A stretch of 61,708 bases of DNA, the filler included. It is 6 parts of 6 records of this genome, joined end to end, with 100 filler letters (N's around TTAATTAATTAA, not from the genome) between each part and the next. Parts side by side here need not be neighbours in the genome. Positions count along the whole stretch, not along the records: positions 1 to 15,209 come from SRR2962707_3087; positions 15,310 to 30,318 come from SRR2962707_3090; 4 more parts are not named here. The stretch is one strand, 5' to 3'. The notes beneath the pieces were generated by a model. The model was given only the letters and a program-made list of their open reading frames with translations, was not told where the DNA came from and searched no databases. Position numbers and translations under genes: made by a program. Each line of letters starts with the position of its first letter. The first letter of the stretch is position 1. Positions 9,352 through 19,744 of the stretch are shown here, one piece after another.

Positions 9352-10125
9352 TCAATTGACCGGCGCGCCGAGCGGCGTGAAGCCGAAGCGGGCGAAAATC
9401 TGCGACGCGGTTGCGCCGGACGCGAAGGCGAGAAACGCGCGGGCGGTTTCGTTCGTGTTCTCTGTCACAAGCGCGATGGGATAGCGCACCGGCTCATGCG
9501 CCTCTTCGGGCACGGTGTCGGCGATGACGACATCCGCCGAGATTTGTGCGTCCGTGCGGTAGACGATGCCAGCCCGTGCCTCGCCGCGCGCGACCCAGGC
9601 AAGCGCGGTGCGCACATCGTCCCCTGCAATGACCTGGGGGGCCACCGCATCCCATTCGCCGAGCTTGACGAGGGCTTCCTTTGCATAGATGCCGGCGGGT
9701 ACGCCGTCCGGGTTGCCGAGCGCGAGCTTTCCCTCGCCCAGCGCGGCGGCAAGGCCTGCGCCCTCCGCAAAACGATAGGTGAGCGGCTCCGCCTTTGGCG
9801 CGATCAAGACGAGATCGTTGCCGAGAATGTCTTTTCTCGTCTCGGGTGCGAGGAGCTTGCCTTGCTCGATGCGGTCCATCCAGTCCTCGTTCGCGGAAAG
9901 GAAAACCGCGGCGGGCGCACCCGCCTCGATCTGCTTTGCAAGCGTGGACGAACTCGCGAAGACCATCGTTAGCTTGCAGTCCGTTTCGGCGGTGAAGGCG
10001 CGCGCCACTTCGCCCAGCGCATCCGTTGTGCTGGCGGCGGCGTAGACCGAGACGGGCTCGCAGGCGAGGGCGGGGGTCGCGCCAAGTGCGAGGAGCGCGA
10101 CCGCTACGAGCAAAGGACGGCGCAT
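9352..10125 (-). CDS. modA: Molybdate-binding periplasmic protein
   Basis: YAAAS, FASSSTLAKQIEAGAPA, VPAGIYA; start set at MRRPLL (GGAGG RBS). Confidence 0.94.
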   Translation of the reverse strand: MRRPLLVAVALLALGATPALACEPVSVYAAASTTDALGEVARAFTAETDCKLTMVFASSSTLAKQIEAGAPAAVFLSANEDWMDRIEQGKLLAPETRKDILGNDLVLIAPKAEPLTYRFAEGAGLAAALGEGKLALGNPDGVPAGIYAKEALVKLGEWDAVAPQVIAGDDVRTALAWVARGEARAGIVYRTDAQISADVVIADTVPEEAHEPVRYPIALVTENTNETARAFLAFASGATASQIFARFGFTPLGAPVN

Positions 10126-10143
10126 CTTTCCGTTCCCTCCCAT

Positions 10144-11310
10144 TCAGGACGCCGCGTCGCGCATGCGTGCGAAACCGGCGTCGAGATCGGCGATCAGATC
10201 TTCGGCGTCCTCAAGTCCCGCATGGAGCCGCAAAATCTGTCCCTCGGCTTTCCACTCGGTCGCGGTCCGCATCTTCTTTGGATATTGCGGGATGATGAGG
10301 CTTTCAAATCCGCCCCATGAATAACCCATGCCGAACAGTTCGAGATCGTCGAGGAAGGCCGCCAGCGCCTTGTCCGAACAGGGCTCAAGCTCGATAGAGA
10401 AGAGGCCGCACGCGCCCGTGAAATCGCGCTTCCAGAGTGCGTGATCGGGATGGTTCGGCAGAGCGGGGTGGATCACCTGCGCGACTTCCGGCCGTTCGCC
10501 GAGCCACTGCGCGAGCGCGAGCCCCGTCTCCATGTGCCTCTCAAGGCGCACCGAGAGCGTGCGGATGCCGCGCAGGACGAGATAAATGTCGTCCGGCCCG
10601 GCGCATTGGCCGATCGCGCCGTGGTCGGCCAGCGTTTCCTTCCAGGCTGCTTCCGTCGTCGTGATCGCGCCCATCATCACGTCGGAATGGCCACAAAGAT
10701 ATTTCGTGACCGCCTGGATCGAAACGTCGGCACCATGCTCGAAAGGCTTGAAGTAGAGGGGCGAGGCCCAGGTGTTGTCGACCATCATGATCGCGCCCGC
10801 GCGGTGCGCCGCTTCGGAAATCGCGGGCAGGTCCTGCACTTCGAAAGTGACGGAACCGGGAGACTCGGTGAAGACCACCGCCGTTTTGGGCCGGATCAGC
10901 TTTTCGATGCCGGCGCCGATCCGCGGATCGTAATATTCGACATCGACGCCATAGCGGCTGAGCACCGTGTCGCAGAAATTGCGCGAGGGCTGGTAGGCGC
11001 TGTCGGTGATCAGGAGGTGATCGCCCGCCTTCAGATGCGCGAGCAGCGCCGTGGTGACGGCGGAAAGGCCGGATGAGGTCAGCACCGTCTTGTAGCCGCC
11101 CTCAAGCTCGGCGATGGCGTCCTGCAGGGCGAAAGTCGTCGGCGTGCCCCGGCGGCCATAGGTGACAGGCTGGGCGCGCGTCTTGACGGCTTCCAGCGTC
11201 GGGTAAAGCACAGTCGAGGCGTGATAAACCGGCGGATTGACGATGCCGAAATTCGCCTCCGGGTCCCGCCCGGCAGTGACGATCAGCGTATCCTGTTTTT
11301 TCCTGGTCAT
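10144..11310 (-). CDS. metC: Cystathionine beta-lyase
   Basis: VNPPVYHAST, YGRRGTPT, DNTW, TKYLCGHSD (PLP Lys), GYSWGGFESL. Confidence 0.94.
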   Translation of the reverse strand: MTRKKQDTLIVTAGRDPEANFGIVNPPVYHASTVLYPTLEAVKTRAQPVTYGRRGTPTTFALQDAIAELEGGYKTVLTSSGLSAVTTALLAHLKAGDHLLITDSAYQPSRNFCDTVLSRYGVDVEYYDPRIGAGIEKLIRPKTAVVFTESPGSVTFEVQDLPAISEAAHRAGAIMMVDNTWASPLYFKPFEHGADVSIQAVTKYLCGHSDVMMGAITTTEAAWKETLADHGAIGQCAGPDDIYLVLRGIRTLSVRLERHMETGLALAQWLGERPEVAQVIHPALPNHPDHALWKRDFTGACGLFSIELEPCSDKALAAFLDDLELFGMGYSWGGFESLIIPQYPKKMRTATEWKAEGQILRLHAGLEDAEDLIADLDAGFARMRDAAS

Positions 11311-11487
11311 CCGGTTCCGGCCTGTCGTCGGTGTGGCAGTCGCTCGCGCCCTGCGCATTTAAGGGTAAAACCCCCGCAGAAGTAAAATCGGCGCGATTGC
11401 GGGGCTGCGAGGGTTTGCGCTTCCGATTATGGCAGGTAGTCTCTGCGAATCGAACTCGCCGCGCCTTTATCCTTCAAAGGGAGCCCA

Positions 11488-12588
11488 ATGAAGAATCCTC
11501 TGGTCGCCCTTTTGGTGGGCATCCTGATCGGCGTCGGCGGTCTTTATTTCTTTCTGCCCTACGATCCCCTGTCTCTCGGCGGCGGTTCGGCGGTCGTGAC
11601 GGCGAGCGATGACAGCGCTGTGGAAAGGGCTTCCGCAGGCGACACGCTCCGCCGCGTCAAGCGGCGCGGGTTTCTCCAGTGCGGCGTCAGCCAGGGTCTT
11701 CCCGGCTTCTCGAACCCGGACGAGCGTGGCAACTGGTCCGGCATCGACGTCGATTTCTGCCGGGCTATCGCGGCGGCGATCTTCGGCGACGGGGACAAGG
11801 TGCGCTTCCGCCCGCTTTCGGCGAAGGACCGTTTCACGGCGCTCCAGTCCGGCGAGATCGACATTCTCTCGCGCAATACGACCTGGACCATGTCGCGCGA
11901 TACGCAGCTCGGTTTCGATTTTGTGGGCGTGACCTATTACGACGGCCAGTCCTTCATGGTTCGGAAGGCGGCGGGCATCGCCTCCACGAAAGACCTTGCG
12001 GGCGGGACAATCTGCACCGAGACGGGCACCACGACCGAACTCAATCTCGCCGACTATTTCCGCAGCCGCGGCCTCAGCTACAAAGTGCTTTCTTTCGAAA
12101 AGAATGACGAGGCTATCGTCGCCTATGACCGTGGGCGCTGCGATGCTTATACGACCGACGCTTCGGGCCTTTACGCGCAGCGCCTCAAGCTGACGGACCC
12201 GGACGCCAACATGGTGCTTTCCGACATCATTTCGAAGGAGCCGCTCGGGCCCGCCGTCCGGCAGGGCGATGCGCAATGGGAAGACATCGGCCGCTGGACG
12301 CTGAATGCGCTTCTCAATGCGGAAGAGCTTGGCGTCACCTCTGAGAATGTCGACGAGATGCTTGAGAGCGACAATCCGCGCATCCGGCGCTTGCTCGGCA
12401 GGGAAGGCGCTTATGGTGAGGCGGTCGGTCTCGGGCCGGACTGGGCGGCCAACGCGATCCGCGCCGTTGGCAACTATGGACAGATGTTCGAGCGCAATGT
12501 CGGTACGGAAACGCCGCTCGGCATCGAGCGCGGATTGAACGCGCTCTGGAGCGACGGCGGCGTGCAATATGCGCCGCCGGTGCGGTAA
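11488..12588 (+). CDS. aapJ: General L-amino acid ABC substrate-binding protein
   Basis: LQCGVSQGLPGFS, RNTTWT, ISKEPLGP; divergent from metC. Confidence 0.92.
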   Translation: MKNPLVALLVGILIGVGGLYFFLPYDPLSLGGGSAVVTASDDSAVERASAGDTLRRVKRRGFLQCGVSQGLPGFSNPDERGNWSGIDVDFCRAIAAAIFGDGDKVRFRPLSAKDRFTALQSGEIDILSRNTTWTMSRDTQLGFDFVGVTYYDGQSFMVRKAAGIASTKDLAGGTICTETGTTTELNLADYFRSRGLSYKVLSFEKNDEAIVAYDRGRCDAYTTDASGLYAQRLKLTDPDANMVLSDIISKEPLGPAVRQGDAQWEDIGRWTLNALLNAEELGVTSENVDEMLESDNPRIRRLLGREGAYGEAVGLGPDWAANAIRAVGNYGQMFERNVGTETPLGIERGLNALWSDGGVQYAPPVR

Positions 12589-12592
12589 ACGC

Positions 12593-13780
12593 ATGAGCAT
12601 GGGGCAGGGGCAGAAACGGACCAAAGCGGCGCTCGGCTGGTACAATCCGCGTGTCCGCTCGATCTTCTACCAGACGGTGGTTCTGGTTTCCGTCATCGGC
12701 ATCGTCTGGTTCTTCGCCGCGACCGCGCAGCACAATCTCGAACGGCTGAACATTTCCTCCGGCCTCGGCTTCCTCGACACGACAGCCGGTTTCGGCATCA
12801 TCCAGACGCTGATCCCCTATAGCGAGCAATCGAGTTACGGGCGCGCCTTTCTCGTCGGGCTGCTCAACACGCTGGTTGTCGCCGTCATCGGCATCGTATT
12901 GGCGACGCTGCTCGGCTTCTTCGTCGGTATCGCACGCCTGTCGCGCAACTGGCTGATCGCGAAGCTCGCTGCCGGGTATGTCGAGATCATGCGGAATATT
13001 CCGCTGCTGCTGCATCTCTTCTTCTGGTACTTCGCGGTGCTGCGGCCGCTGCCCGGCCCTGAGGAGAGCATAACGCCCTTCGCCGGTGTCTATCTCAACA
13101 ATCGCGGGCTGATCCTTCCGGCACCCGTATTCGACGGCAGCGCGGTTTTCTTCTTTGTCACTCTCGCTCTGGCGCTTGCCGGCGGCGCGTTCCTCATCCG
13201 CTGGTCGAAGCGGCGGCAGCTTGCGACCGGACAGATGTTTCCGGCATGGCGCGCTTCCGCCGCGCTCGTCGTTCTGCTGCCCGCGCTTGTGTGGCTTGTG
13301 GCGGGACGTCCGTTCGAACTCGAATTCGCCGAGCGGGATGCCTTTGACTACACGGGCGGCATGCGACTTCTGCCGGAATTCGTCGCGCTTATTCTCGGGC
13401 TCACGCTTTATACCGCCGCCTTCATCGGCGAGATCGTCCGTGCGGGTATCCAGTCAGTCAGCAAGGGGCAGCGCGAGGCGGCGGCCGCGCTGGGCCTCAA
13501 GGACAGTACGACACTTCGTCTCGTCGTCATCCCGCAGGCGCTGCGTCTCATCATTCCGCCGCTCACGAGCCAGATTCTCAATCTGACGAAGAACTCGTCC
13601 CTCGCCGTCGCCATCGCTTATCCGGATCTTGTCGCGGTTTTCGCGGGCACGGTCCTCAACCAGACAGGCCAGGCGATCGAGGTCATCTCGCTCACCATGG
13701 CGGTCTATCTCACGCTCAGCCTTCTCACGTCGCTCGCGATGAACTGGTACAACGCGCGCATCGCGCTGAAGGAGCGGTAA
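12593..13780 (+). CDS. aapQ: Amino acid ABC permease
   Basis: GLLNTL, RNIPLLL, EIVRAGIQSV, NLTKNSSLA. Confidence 0.9.
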   Translation: MSMGQGQKRTKAALGWYNPRVRSIFYQTVVLVSVIGIVWFFAATAQHNLERLNISSGLGFLDTTAGFGIIQTLIPYSEQSSYGRAFLVGLLNTLVVAVIGIVLATLLGFFVGIARLSRNWLIAKLAAGYVEIMRNIPLLLHLFFWYFAVLRPLPGPEESITPFAGVYLNNRGLILPAPVFDGSAVFFFVTLALALAGGAFLIRWSKRRQLATGQMFPAWRASAALVVLLPALVWLVAGRPFELEFAERDAFDYTGGMRLLPEFVALILGLTLYTAAFIGEIVRAGIQSVSKGQREAAAALGLKDSTTLRLVVIPQALRLIIPPLTSQILNLTKNSSLAVAIAYPDLVAVFAGTVLNQTGQAIEVISLTMAVYLTLSLLTSLAMNWYNARIALKER

Positions 13781-13784
13781 GCCC

Positions 13785-14897
13785 ATGGCCATGGAAGATG
13801 TAACGGGCCGTCCGCCGCCGAAGAACGCCTTGCCGGTGTCGCCCATCGGCTGGGCGCGGCGTAACCTTTTTTCGAGCGTCGGCAACACGATCTTGACGCT
13901 CGCGTCGCTCTATCTGCTCTGGTTGCTCGTCCCGCCCTTTCTCGATTTCACGATCTTCAGCGCGGTCTGGTCGGGCACAACGCGCGAGGCCTGTCTCTCG
14001 CCGGATGCGGGCGCGTGCTGGCCGTTCGTCTGGGCGAATATCGACCAGTTCATATATGGACGGTATCCGCCGTCCGAAATCTGGCGCGTGAACCTCACCT
14101 TCGCGCTCGGCGCGGCGGTCATCATTCCGATGCTGATTCCGGGCCTGCCTGCGCGCAAACTCAATCTCGTTTTCCTGCTCATCGTTTATCCGCTGGTCGC
14201 CCTTGTGTTGCTCGCGGGCGACCGGCCGGGGCTTCCGCCTGTTCCGACGAGCGAATGGGGCGGCCTGCTCGTCACGCTCGTCGTCGCGATCACCGGCATT
14301 GTCGCGTCGCTCCCGCTCGGCGTGCTGCTCGCGCTCGGCCGCCGCTCGGACATGCCCGCGATCCGCATGCTCTCGATCATCTTCATCGAGTTCTGGCGAG
14401 GCGTGCCGCTCGTCACTGTGCTGTTCATGGCGAGCGTGATGCTGCCGCTCTTCCTGCCTGAAGGTTTCAGCCCGGACAATCTGTTGCGCTGTCTCGTCGG
14501 CGTCGCGCTGTTCTCGTCCGCCTATATGGCGGAGGTGGTGCGCGGCGGCTTGCAGGCGATCCCGGCTGGGCAATATGAGGCGGCGCGCGCGGTCGGGCTC
14601 ACCTACTGGCAGGCGATGGTGCAGGTGGTGCTGCCGCAGGCGCTCCGCCATGTCATCCCCGGTATCGTCAACACCTTCATCGGGCTCTTCAAGGATACGA
14701 CGCTGGTGCTGATCGTTGGCTTGTTCGATCTTCTGGGCCAGGTCCGCGCGCAGCTCAGCGATCCGAACTGGACCGTGCCGCAAGGTGCGCTCACCGGCTA
14801 CATCTTCGCCGCGCTGGTCTTTTGGGCCTTTTGTTTCGGCATGTCGCAATATTCGAACTTCATGGAGCGCCGTCTCGACACGTCGCGCGAGCGGTAG
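13785..14897 (+). CDS. aapM: Amino acid ABC permease
   Basis: WGGLLVTL, RGVPLVTVLFM, AEVVRGGLQA, FKDTTLV. Confidence 0.9.
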   Translation: MAMEDVTGRPPPKNALPVSPIGWARRNLFSSVGNTILTLASLYLLWLLVPPFLDFTIFSAVWSGTTREACLSPDAGACWPFVWANIDQFIYGRYPPSEIWRVNLTFALGAAVIIPMLIPGLPARKLNLVFLLIVYPLVALVLLAGDRPGLPPVPTSEWGGLLVTLVVAITGIVASLPLGVLLALGRRSDMPAIRMLSIIFIEFWRGVPLVTVLFMASVMLPLFLPEGFSPDNLLRCLVGVALFSSAYMAEVVRGGLQAIPAGQYEAARAVGLTYWQAMVQVVLPQALRHVIPGIVNTFIGLFKDTTLVLIVGLFDLLGQVRAQLSDPNWTVPQGALTGYIFAALVFWAFCFGMSQYSNFMERRLDTSRER

Positions 14898-14907
14898 GAG
14901 AAGACCC

Positions 14908-15209
14908 ATGTCCGATGGAAACAACGCACCGGCGAAACGCCTCAAGGTCTCCGACAAGGTGATGATCGAGATGAAGGGCGTGAACAAATGGTTCGGCGAC
15001 TTTCATGTTCTGAAAGACATCGACCTTACTGTGAACGAAGGCGAGCGGATCGTCATTGCGGGCCCTTCCGGTTCCGGCAAGTCGACGCTCATCCGCTGCA
15101 TCAATCATCTGGAGCCGCATGACGAGGGCAGCATCGCCATCGACGGTATCGAACTTACCGAAGACCTGAAGCGCATCGACGAGGTGCGCCGCGAGGTCGG
15201 CATGGTGTT
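14908..15209 (+). CDS. aapP: Amino acid ABC ATPase, 3'-truncated at the contig end
   Basis: VNKWFGDFHVL, GPSGSGKST. Confidence 0.9.
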
Positions 15210-15309
15210 NNNNNNNNNNNNNNNNNNNNNNNNNNNNNNNNNNNNNNNNNNNNTTAATTAATTAANNNNNNNNNNNNNNNNNNNNNNNNNNNNNNNNNNN
15301 NNNNNNNNN
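15210..15309. other. Artificial contig spacer
   Basis: N44-TTAATTAATTAA-N44, stops in all six frames. Confidence 0.99.
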
Positions 15310-15332
15310 TTCCCGCCAAACCGCGATGAACC

Positions 15333-15358
15333 AAAAAAAGGGGGGGCTTGCGCCCCCC
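15333..15358 (-). terminator. Intrinsic terminator after the RND gene
   Basis: A7 followed by GGGGGGC-TTGC-GCCCCCC. Confidence 0.8.
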
Positions 15359-15381
15359 ATGTGGACCACCCTTTGCCTGGA

Positions 15382-18300
15382 TTAGCGGGCCGGACGAGGA
15401 ACCCTGAACCAGGCGGCGTACAGCGCGGGCAGAAACAGCAGTGTCAGAGCGGTGGCGACGATCAGTCCGCCCATGATCGCCACGGCCATCGGGCCGAAGA
15501 AATCACTGCGGGACAACGGAATCATCGCCAGCACCGCGGTGAGCGCGGTGAGCGCGATAGGCCGGAAGCGCCGCACCGTGGACTCGATGATGGCTTCATG
15601 TTGGCCACGGCCCTGGGCCAGATCCTGGCCGATCTGATCCACCAGGATCACCGAGTTGCGCATGATCATGCCGGCCAGCGCGATGGTGCCCAGCATCGCG
15701 ACGAAACCGAACGGTTGGCCGAAGAACAGCAGGAACAGGGTGACGCCGATCAGTCCCAGGGGCGCGGTCAGGAACACCATCACCGTCAGTGAGAAGCTGC
15801 GCAGCTGCAGCATCAGCAGCGTCAACACCACCAGCACGAACAGCGGCATGCCGGCGTTCACCGATTTCTGGCCGCGGGCGGATTCCTCCACGGTGCCGCC
15901 CACTTCCAGCAGATAGCCCGGCGGCAGTGCGTCACGGATATCCTGCAAGGTGGGCTGGATCTTGTTGACCAGCGTGGCCGGCTGTTCGTCGCCGTAGATA
16001 TCCGCGCGGACGGTCACCGTGGGCAACCGATTGCGGTGCCAGATGACGCCTTCCTCGAAGCCGTATTCCAGGGTGGCGATCTGGGACAGTGGCACACTGC
16101 GGCCGTCCTCGTTCTGCACCGCCAGACTCGGCAACAGCCCCAGCGCCTCGCGCTCGCGGGCATCACCACGGACTTCCACATCGATCAACTCGTTGTCTTC
16201 CCGGTACTGGCTGACCGCCACCCCGGACAACGAACTTTGCAGCGCCTGGGACAGATCGGCGGTGTTGACGCCGAGCGCCCGGGCACGGTCCTGGTCGATG
16301 TTCAGGCGCACCACCTTGCTGGGTTCTTCCCAGTCCAGGTGCACGTTGCTGACCTGTGGTTGCTCGCGTATCCGTTCCGCCACCTGCCTGGCCAGATCAC
16401 GAACTTCGCCGATGTGTTCCCCGGATACCCGGAACTGGATCGGGTAGCCCACCGGCGGGCCGTTCTCCAGACGCGACACCCGCGAACGCACGGTGGGGAA
16501 CTCCGCCGCCAGCGTGTCGATCAGCCAGGAGCGTACTTCTTCCCGCTCCTCGATATTGCGGGTCAGTACAACGAACTGGGCGAAGCTCGCCGCCGGCAGT
16601 TGCTGGTCCAGAGGCAGATAGAAGCGGGGAGAGCCGGTGCCGACATACGCCACGTAGTTCTCCACCTGGTCATTTTCCGCCAGCAACGCCTCCAGCCGCT
16701 CCGCCTGGGCCTGGCTGGCTTCCAGTGAGCTGCCTTCGCTCAGCTTCAGGTCCACCATCAGTTCCAGCCGCGCGGATGGCGGGAAGAACTGTTGCGGCAC
16801 GAAACGGAACAGCGCCACCGCGCCAATGAAGATCGCCACCGTCATCACGATCACGGTTTTGCGGTGGTAAACGCACCAGCTCACCAGCGCGCGGAAACGG
16901 CGATAAAACGGCTTCTGGTAGGGGTCGTGAACTTCACCGGCGTCATCGCGGCGGGCCAGATTGGGTAGCAGTTTGTCGCCCAGGTAAGGCACGAACACCA
17001 CGGCGGTAATCCAGGACACCAGCAACGACAACGTCACCACCTGGAAAATGGAGCGGGTGTATTCGCCGGTGCCGGACTGAGCCGTGGCGATCGGTAGAAA
17101 ACCGGCCGCGGTGATCAGGGTGCCGGTGAGCATGGGGAAGGCGGTACTGGTCCAGGCGAAACTGGCCGCCTTGATCCGGCTCAGCCCTTGTTCCATCTTG
17201 ATCGCCATCATCTCCACCGCGATGATGGCGTCGTCCACCATCAGCCCCAGCGCCAGCACCAGCGCCCCCAGCGAAATCTTGTGCAGGCCGATGTCGAAGT
17301 AATTCATCAGCGCGAAGGTCATCGCCAGGACCAGGGGAATGGATAACGCCACCACCAGACCAGTGCGCAGTCCCAGCGAGAAAAAACTCACCAGCAGCAC
17401 GATCACCAGGGCCTCCACCAGCACCCGCACAAAGTCGCCAACGCTGGCGCGTACCGCCGCTGGCTGGTCGGAGACCTTATGCAGTGACAGGCCGGCCGGC
17501 AGAGTCTCCTGCAGGCGCGCGAATTCCTTTTCCAGGTTTTCACCGAGGGCGAGAATGTCGCCGCCGGCCTTCATGGAGACCGCCAGGCCGATGGCGTCCT
17601 CGCCCATGAAGCGCATGCGTGGTGCCGGCGGGTCGTCAAAGCCACGGTAAACCTTGGCGATGTCCGCCAGACGCAGGGTGCGGCCCTCGAACCGGATGGG
17701 GAAGCGGCGGATCTCCTCCACGCTTTGAAAATTACCGGAGGCACGCAGGCGCACGCGGTCGGTAGGGGTCTCAAAATAACCGGCGTCGGAAACCGCGTTC
17801 TGTTGTTGCAGGGCCTGCTGCACCGCGCCGAGCGGGATGCCCAGGGCGGCCAGCTTGGTATTGGACAGCTCCACCCAGATTTTCTCGTCCTGCAGGCCAA
17901 GCAGCTCCACCTTGCCCACGTCCTCGACCCGTTGCAGGGCCAGTTGCAGGCGGTCGGCGTAGTCTTTCTTCAGCGCGTAATCGAAGCCGTCACCGGTGAG
18001 CGCGTAGATATTGCCGTAGGTGGTGCCGAACTCGTCATTGAAGAACGGGCCCTGGATACCCTGGGGCAGGGTGTGGCGGATATCGCCCACCTTCTTGCGC
18101 ACCTGATACCAGAGATCGGGAATGTCGTCGGAGTGCATATCGTCCCGCGCCATGAACATGACCTGGGACTGACCGGGGCGGGAGAAGGACGTGATGCGGT
18201 CATAGTCCCCGGTCTCCATCAGCTTCTTTTCAATACGCTCGGTGACCTGGCGGGAGACGTCCTCGGCGCTGGCGCCGGGCCACAGCGTATTCACCACCAT

Positions 18301-18438
18301 GACCTTGAAAGTGAACGGCGGGTCCTCGCTTTGTCCAAGCTGGCTGTAGGAAAGCGCGCCGAGGGCGCCCAGGAGGATCATCGCGTAGAGCACCAGGGAG
18401 CGGTTGTGCAGCGCCCATTCGGACAGATTGAAACGCAT
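15382..18438 (-). CDS. RND efflux permease (AcrB family)
   Basis: 1018 aa; EDPPF, LGLMVDDAII, RRFRPIALT. Confidence 0.95.
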   Translation of the reverse strand: MRFNLSEWALHNRSLVLYAMILLGALGALSYSQLGQSEDPPFTFKVMVVNTLWPGASAEDVSRQVTERIEKKLMETGDYDRITSFSRPGQSQVMFMARDDMHSDDIPDLWYQVRKKVGDIRHTLPQGIQGPFFNDEFGTTYGNIYALTGDGFDYALKKDYADRLQLALQRVEDVGKVELLGLQDEKIWVELSNTKLAALGIPLGAVQQALQQQNAVSDAGYFETPTDRVRLRASGNFQSVEEIRRFPIRFEGRTLRLADIAKVYRGFDDPPAPRMRFMGEDAIGLAVSMKAGGDILALGENLEKEFARLQETLPAGLSLHKVSDQPAAVRASVGDFVRVLVEALVIVLLVSFFSLGLRTGLVVALSIPLVLAMTFALMNYFDIGLHKISLGALVLALGLMVDDAIIAVEMMAIKMEQGLSRIKAASFAWTSTAFPMLTGTLITAAGFLPIATAQSGTGEYTRSIFQVVTLSLLVSWITAVVFVPYLGDKLLPNLARRDDAGEVHDPYQKPFYRRFRALVSWCVYHRKTVIVMTVAIFIGAVALFRFVPQQFFPPSARLELMVDLKLSEGSSLEASQAQAERLEALLAENDQVENYVAYVGTGSPRFYLPLDQQLPAASFAQFVVLTRNIEEREEVRSWLIDTLAAEFPTVRSRVSRLENGPPVGYPIQFRVSGEHIGEVRDLARQVAERIREQPQVSNVHLDWEEPSKVVRLNIDQDRARALGVNTADLSQALQSSLSGVAVSQYREDNELIDVEVRGDAREREALGLLPSLAVQNEDGRSVPLSQIATLEYGFEEGVIWHRNRLPTVTVRADIYGDEQPATLVNKIQPTLQDIRDALPPGYLLEVGGTVEESARGQKSVNAGMPLFVLVVLTLLMLQLRSFSLTVMVFLTAPLGLIGVTLFLLFFGQPFGFVAMLGTIALAGMIMRNSVILVDQIGQDLAQGRGQHEAIIESTVRRFRPIALTALTAVLAMIPLSRSDFFGPMAVAIMGGLIVATALTLLFLPALYAAWFRVPRPAR

Positions 18439-18440
18439 CC

Positions 18441-19595
18441 TCAGTGTCCCCCGTCGCCGAAGTCCACCTGGCGATTGCGCCGGTCCACCGGTTTCACGGT
18501 CTGGCCTTCGCGAAATAACTGGGTACCGGCGGCGACGATCCAGTCACCGGCTTGCAGGCCGGCCAGCACCGGTACCTGGTCTTCCTGGTAAGGCCCCACG
18601 CGGACGGGGGTCTTCACCAGGGTCTGGTCCGCGGGATTCACTTTCCAGACATAAGGGGCGCCGTCCTCGGCGGTGAGCGCGCTGAGCGGGATGCTCATGC
18701 GGGTGCCACCCTGAGGGAAAAATACCCGGGCACTTTGTCCCAGATCGGCGGGTACGTCGCCACTGGTGAAAGCCACCCGGGTCGCGTAGGTGCGCAATTG
18801 CGGATCGGCGGAGGGGGCGATCTCGCGGACCCGGCCGTCATAGTGGTCACCGGGCCGCGACCACAGCTCCACTTTGACGTCCTGCTGGAGAGAAACCTGG
18901 TTGACGCGGTTTTCCGGGAGATGGATCAGCACTTCACGATCGCCGTCGGCGGCCAGAGTGAACACGGTCTGACCGGCCGCCACCACCTGCCCGACTTCGA
19001 CCTGGCGGCTCATGATGACCCCGTTCCGGGGCGCACGCAGTTCGGCGTAACCGGCCTGGTTCCGGGCTACTTCCAGATCGGCGCGGGCCTGGCGCAATTG
19101 CGCCGCGGCGGCTTCGAGCTGGCTGCTCACCGAATCGTACTGGGACTGGCTGATCACCTTGCGTTCCAGCAGGGTCTGGTAGCGTTTCTGCTCACTGAGC
19201 GCCAGATCATGGTCGGCCTTGGCGGCGGCCACCCGGGCCCGGGAAGCATCCAGCCGCAGGCGCACGTCGCGAGGGTCGATACGGGCCAGCGGCTGTCCCT
19301 TCTCCACCCGGTCTCCGACTTCCACCAAACGCTCGATCACCTTGCCGCCGACCTGGAACGCCAGATCGGGCTCGTAGCGGGCGCGGACCTCGCCGGCGAA
19401 GCTGTCATGGCCGGCGTGGGTACTGTCCGGCTGGACCACCAAAGCAGTACTGATGGTGTGCTCGGTGGTGGCGGCATCACCGCTGCAGCCGCCAAGCGCG
19501 CTGGCAAGCAGGGCGCCGAGAAACAACAGAGGCAGGCCGGAAGCGCCCACGCGATAAGTGGGTAAATGCGATGTGGATCGGTTGCGGCGAGTCAT
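18441..19595 (-). CDS. RND periplasmic adaptor (MFP), probable lipoprotein
   Basis: LGGC lipobox, FQVGGKV..RLVEVGDRVEKGQ, LRAPRNG. Confidence 0.93.
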   Translation of the reverse strand: MTRRNRSTSHLPTYRVGASGLPLLFLGALLASALGGCSGDAATTEHTISTALVVQPDSTHAGHDSFAGEVRARYEPDLAFQVGGKVIERLVEVGDRVEKGQPLARIDPRDVRLRLDASRARVAAAKADHDLALSEQKRYQTLLERKVISQSQYDSVSSQLEAAAAQLRQARADLEVARNQAGYAELRAPRNGVIMSRQVEVGQVVAAGQTVFTLAADGDREVLIHLPENRVNQVSLQQDVKVELWSRPGDHYDGRVREIAPSADPQLRTYATRVAFTSGDVPADLGQSARVFFPQGGTRMSIPLSALTAEDGAPYVWKVNPADQTLVKTPVRVGPYQEDQVPVLAGLQAGDWIVAAGTQLFREGQTVKPVDRRNRQVDFGDGGH

Positions 19596-19687
19596 GGAAC
19601 ACCTTATCCCTTGTTGGTACCCCCGGGCGGGAAAGAGCGCCTGCGGATAGCAGCAACAACAACGTCGTTATTTTGTCGGTTGAATGG

Positions 19688-19729
19688 TAAACTCGCCGGT
19701 ATAGTAAAATTAGTGAACTCGCCAGTCCA
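19688..19729. promoter_or_regulatory. Two probable TetR operators
   Basis: TAAACTCGCCGGTATA (19688-19703) and TGAACTCGCCAGTCCA (19714-19729): related imperfect palindromes in the divergent intergenic region. Confidence 0.6.
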
Positions 19730-19744
19730 CCATTTGTTGAGATC

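Noticed and set aside
15254-15265. TTAATTAATTAA palindrome recurring five times
   Set aside because: Always centred in N runs; a synthetic six-frame-stop linker, not a biological repeat or CRISPR
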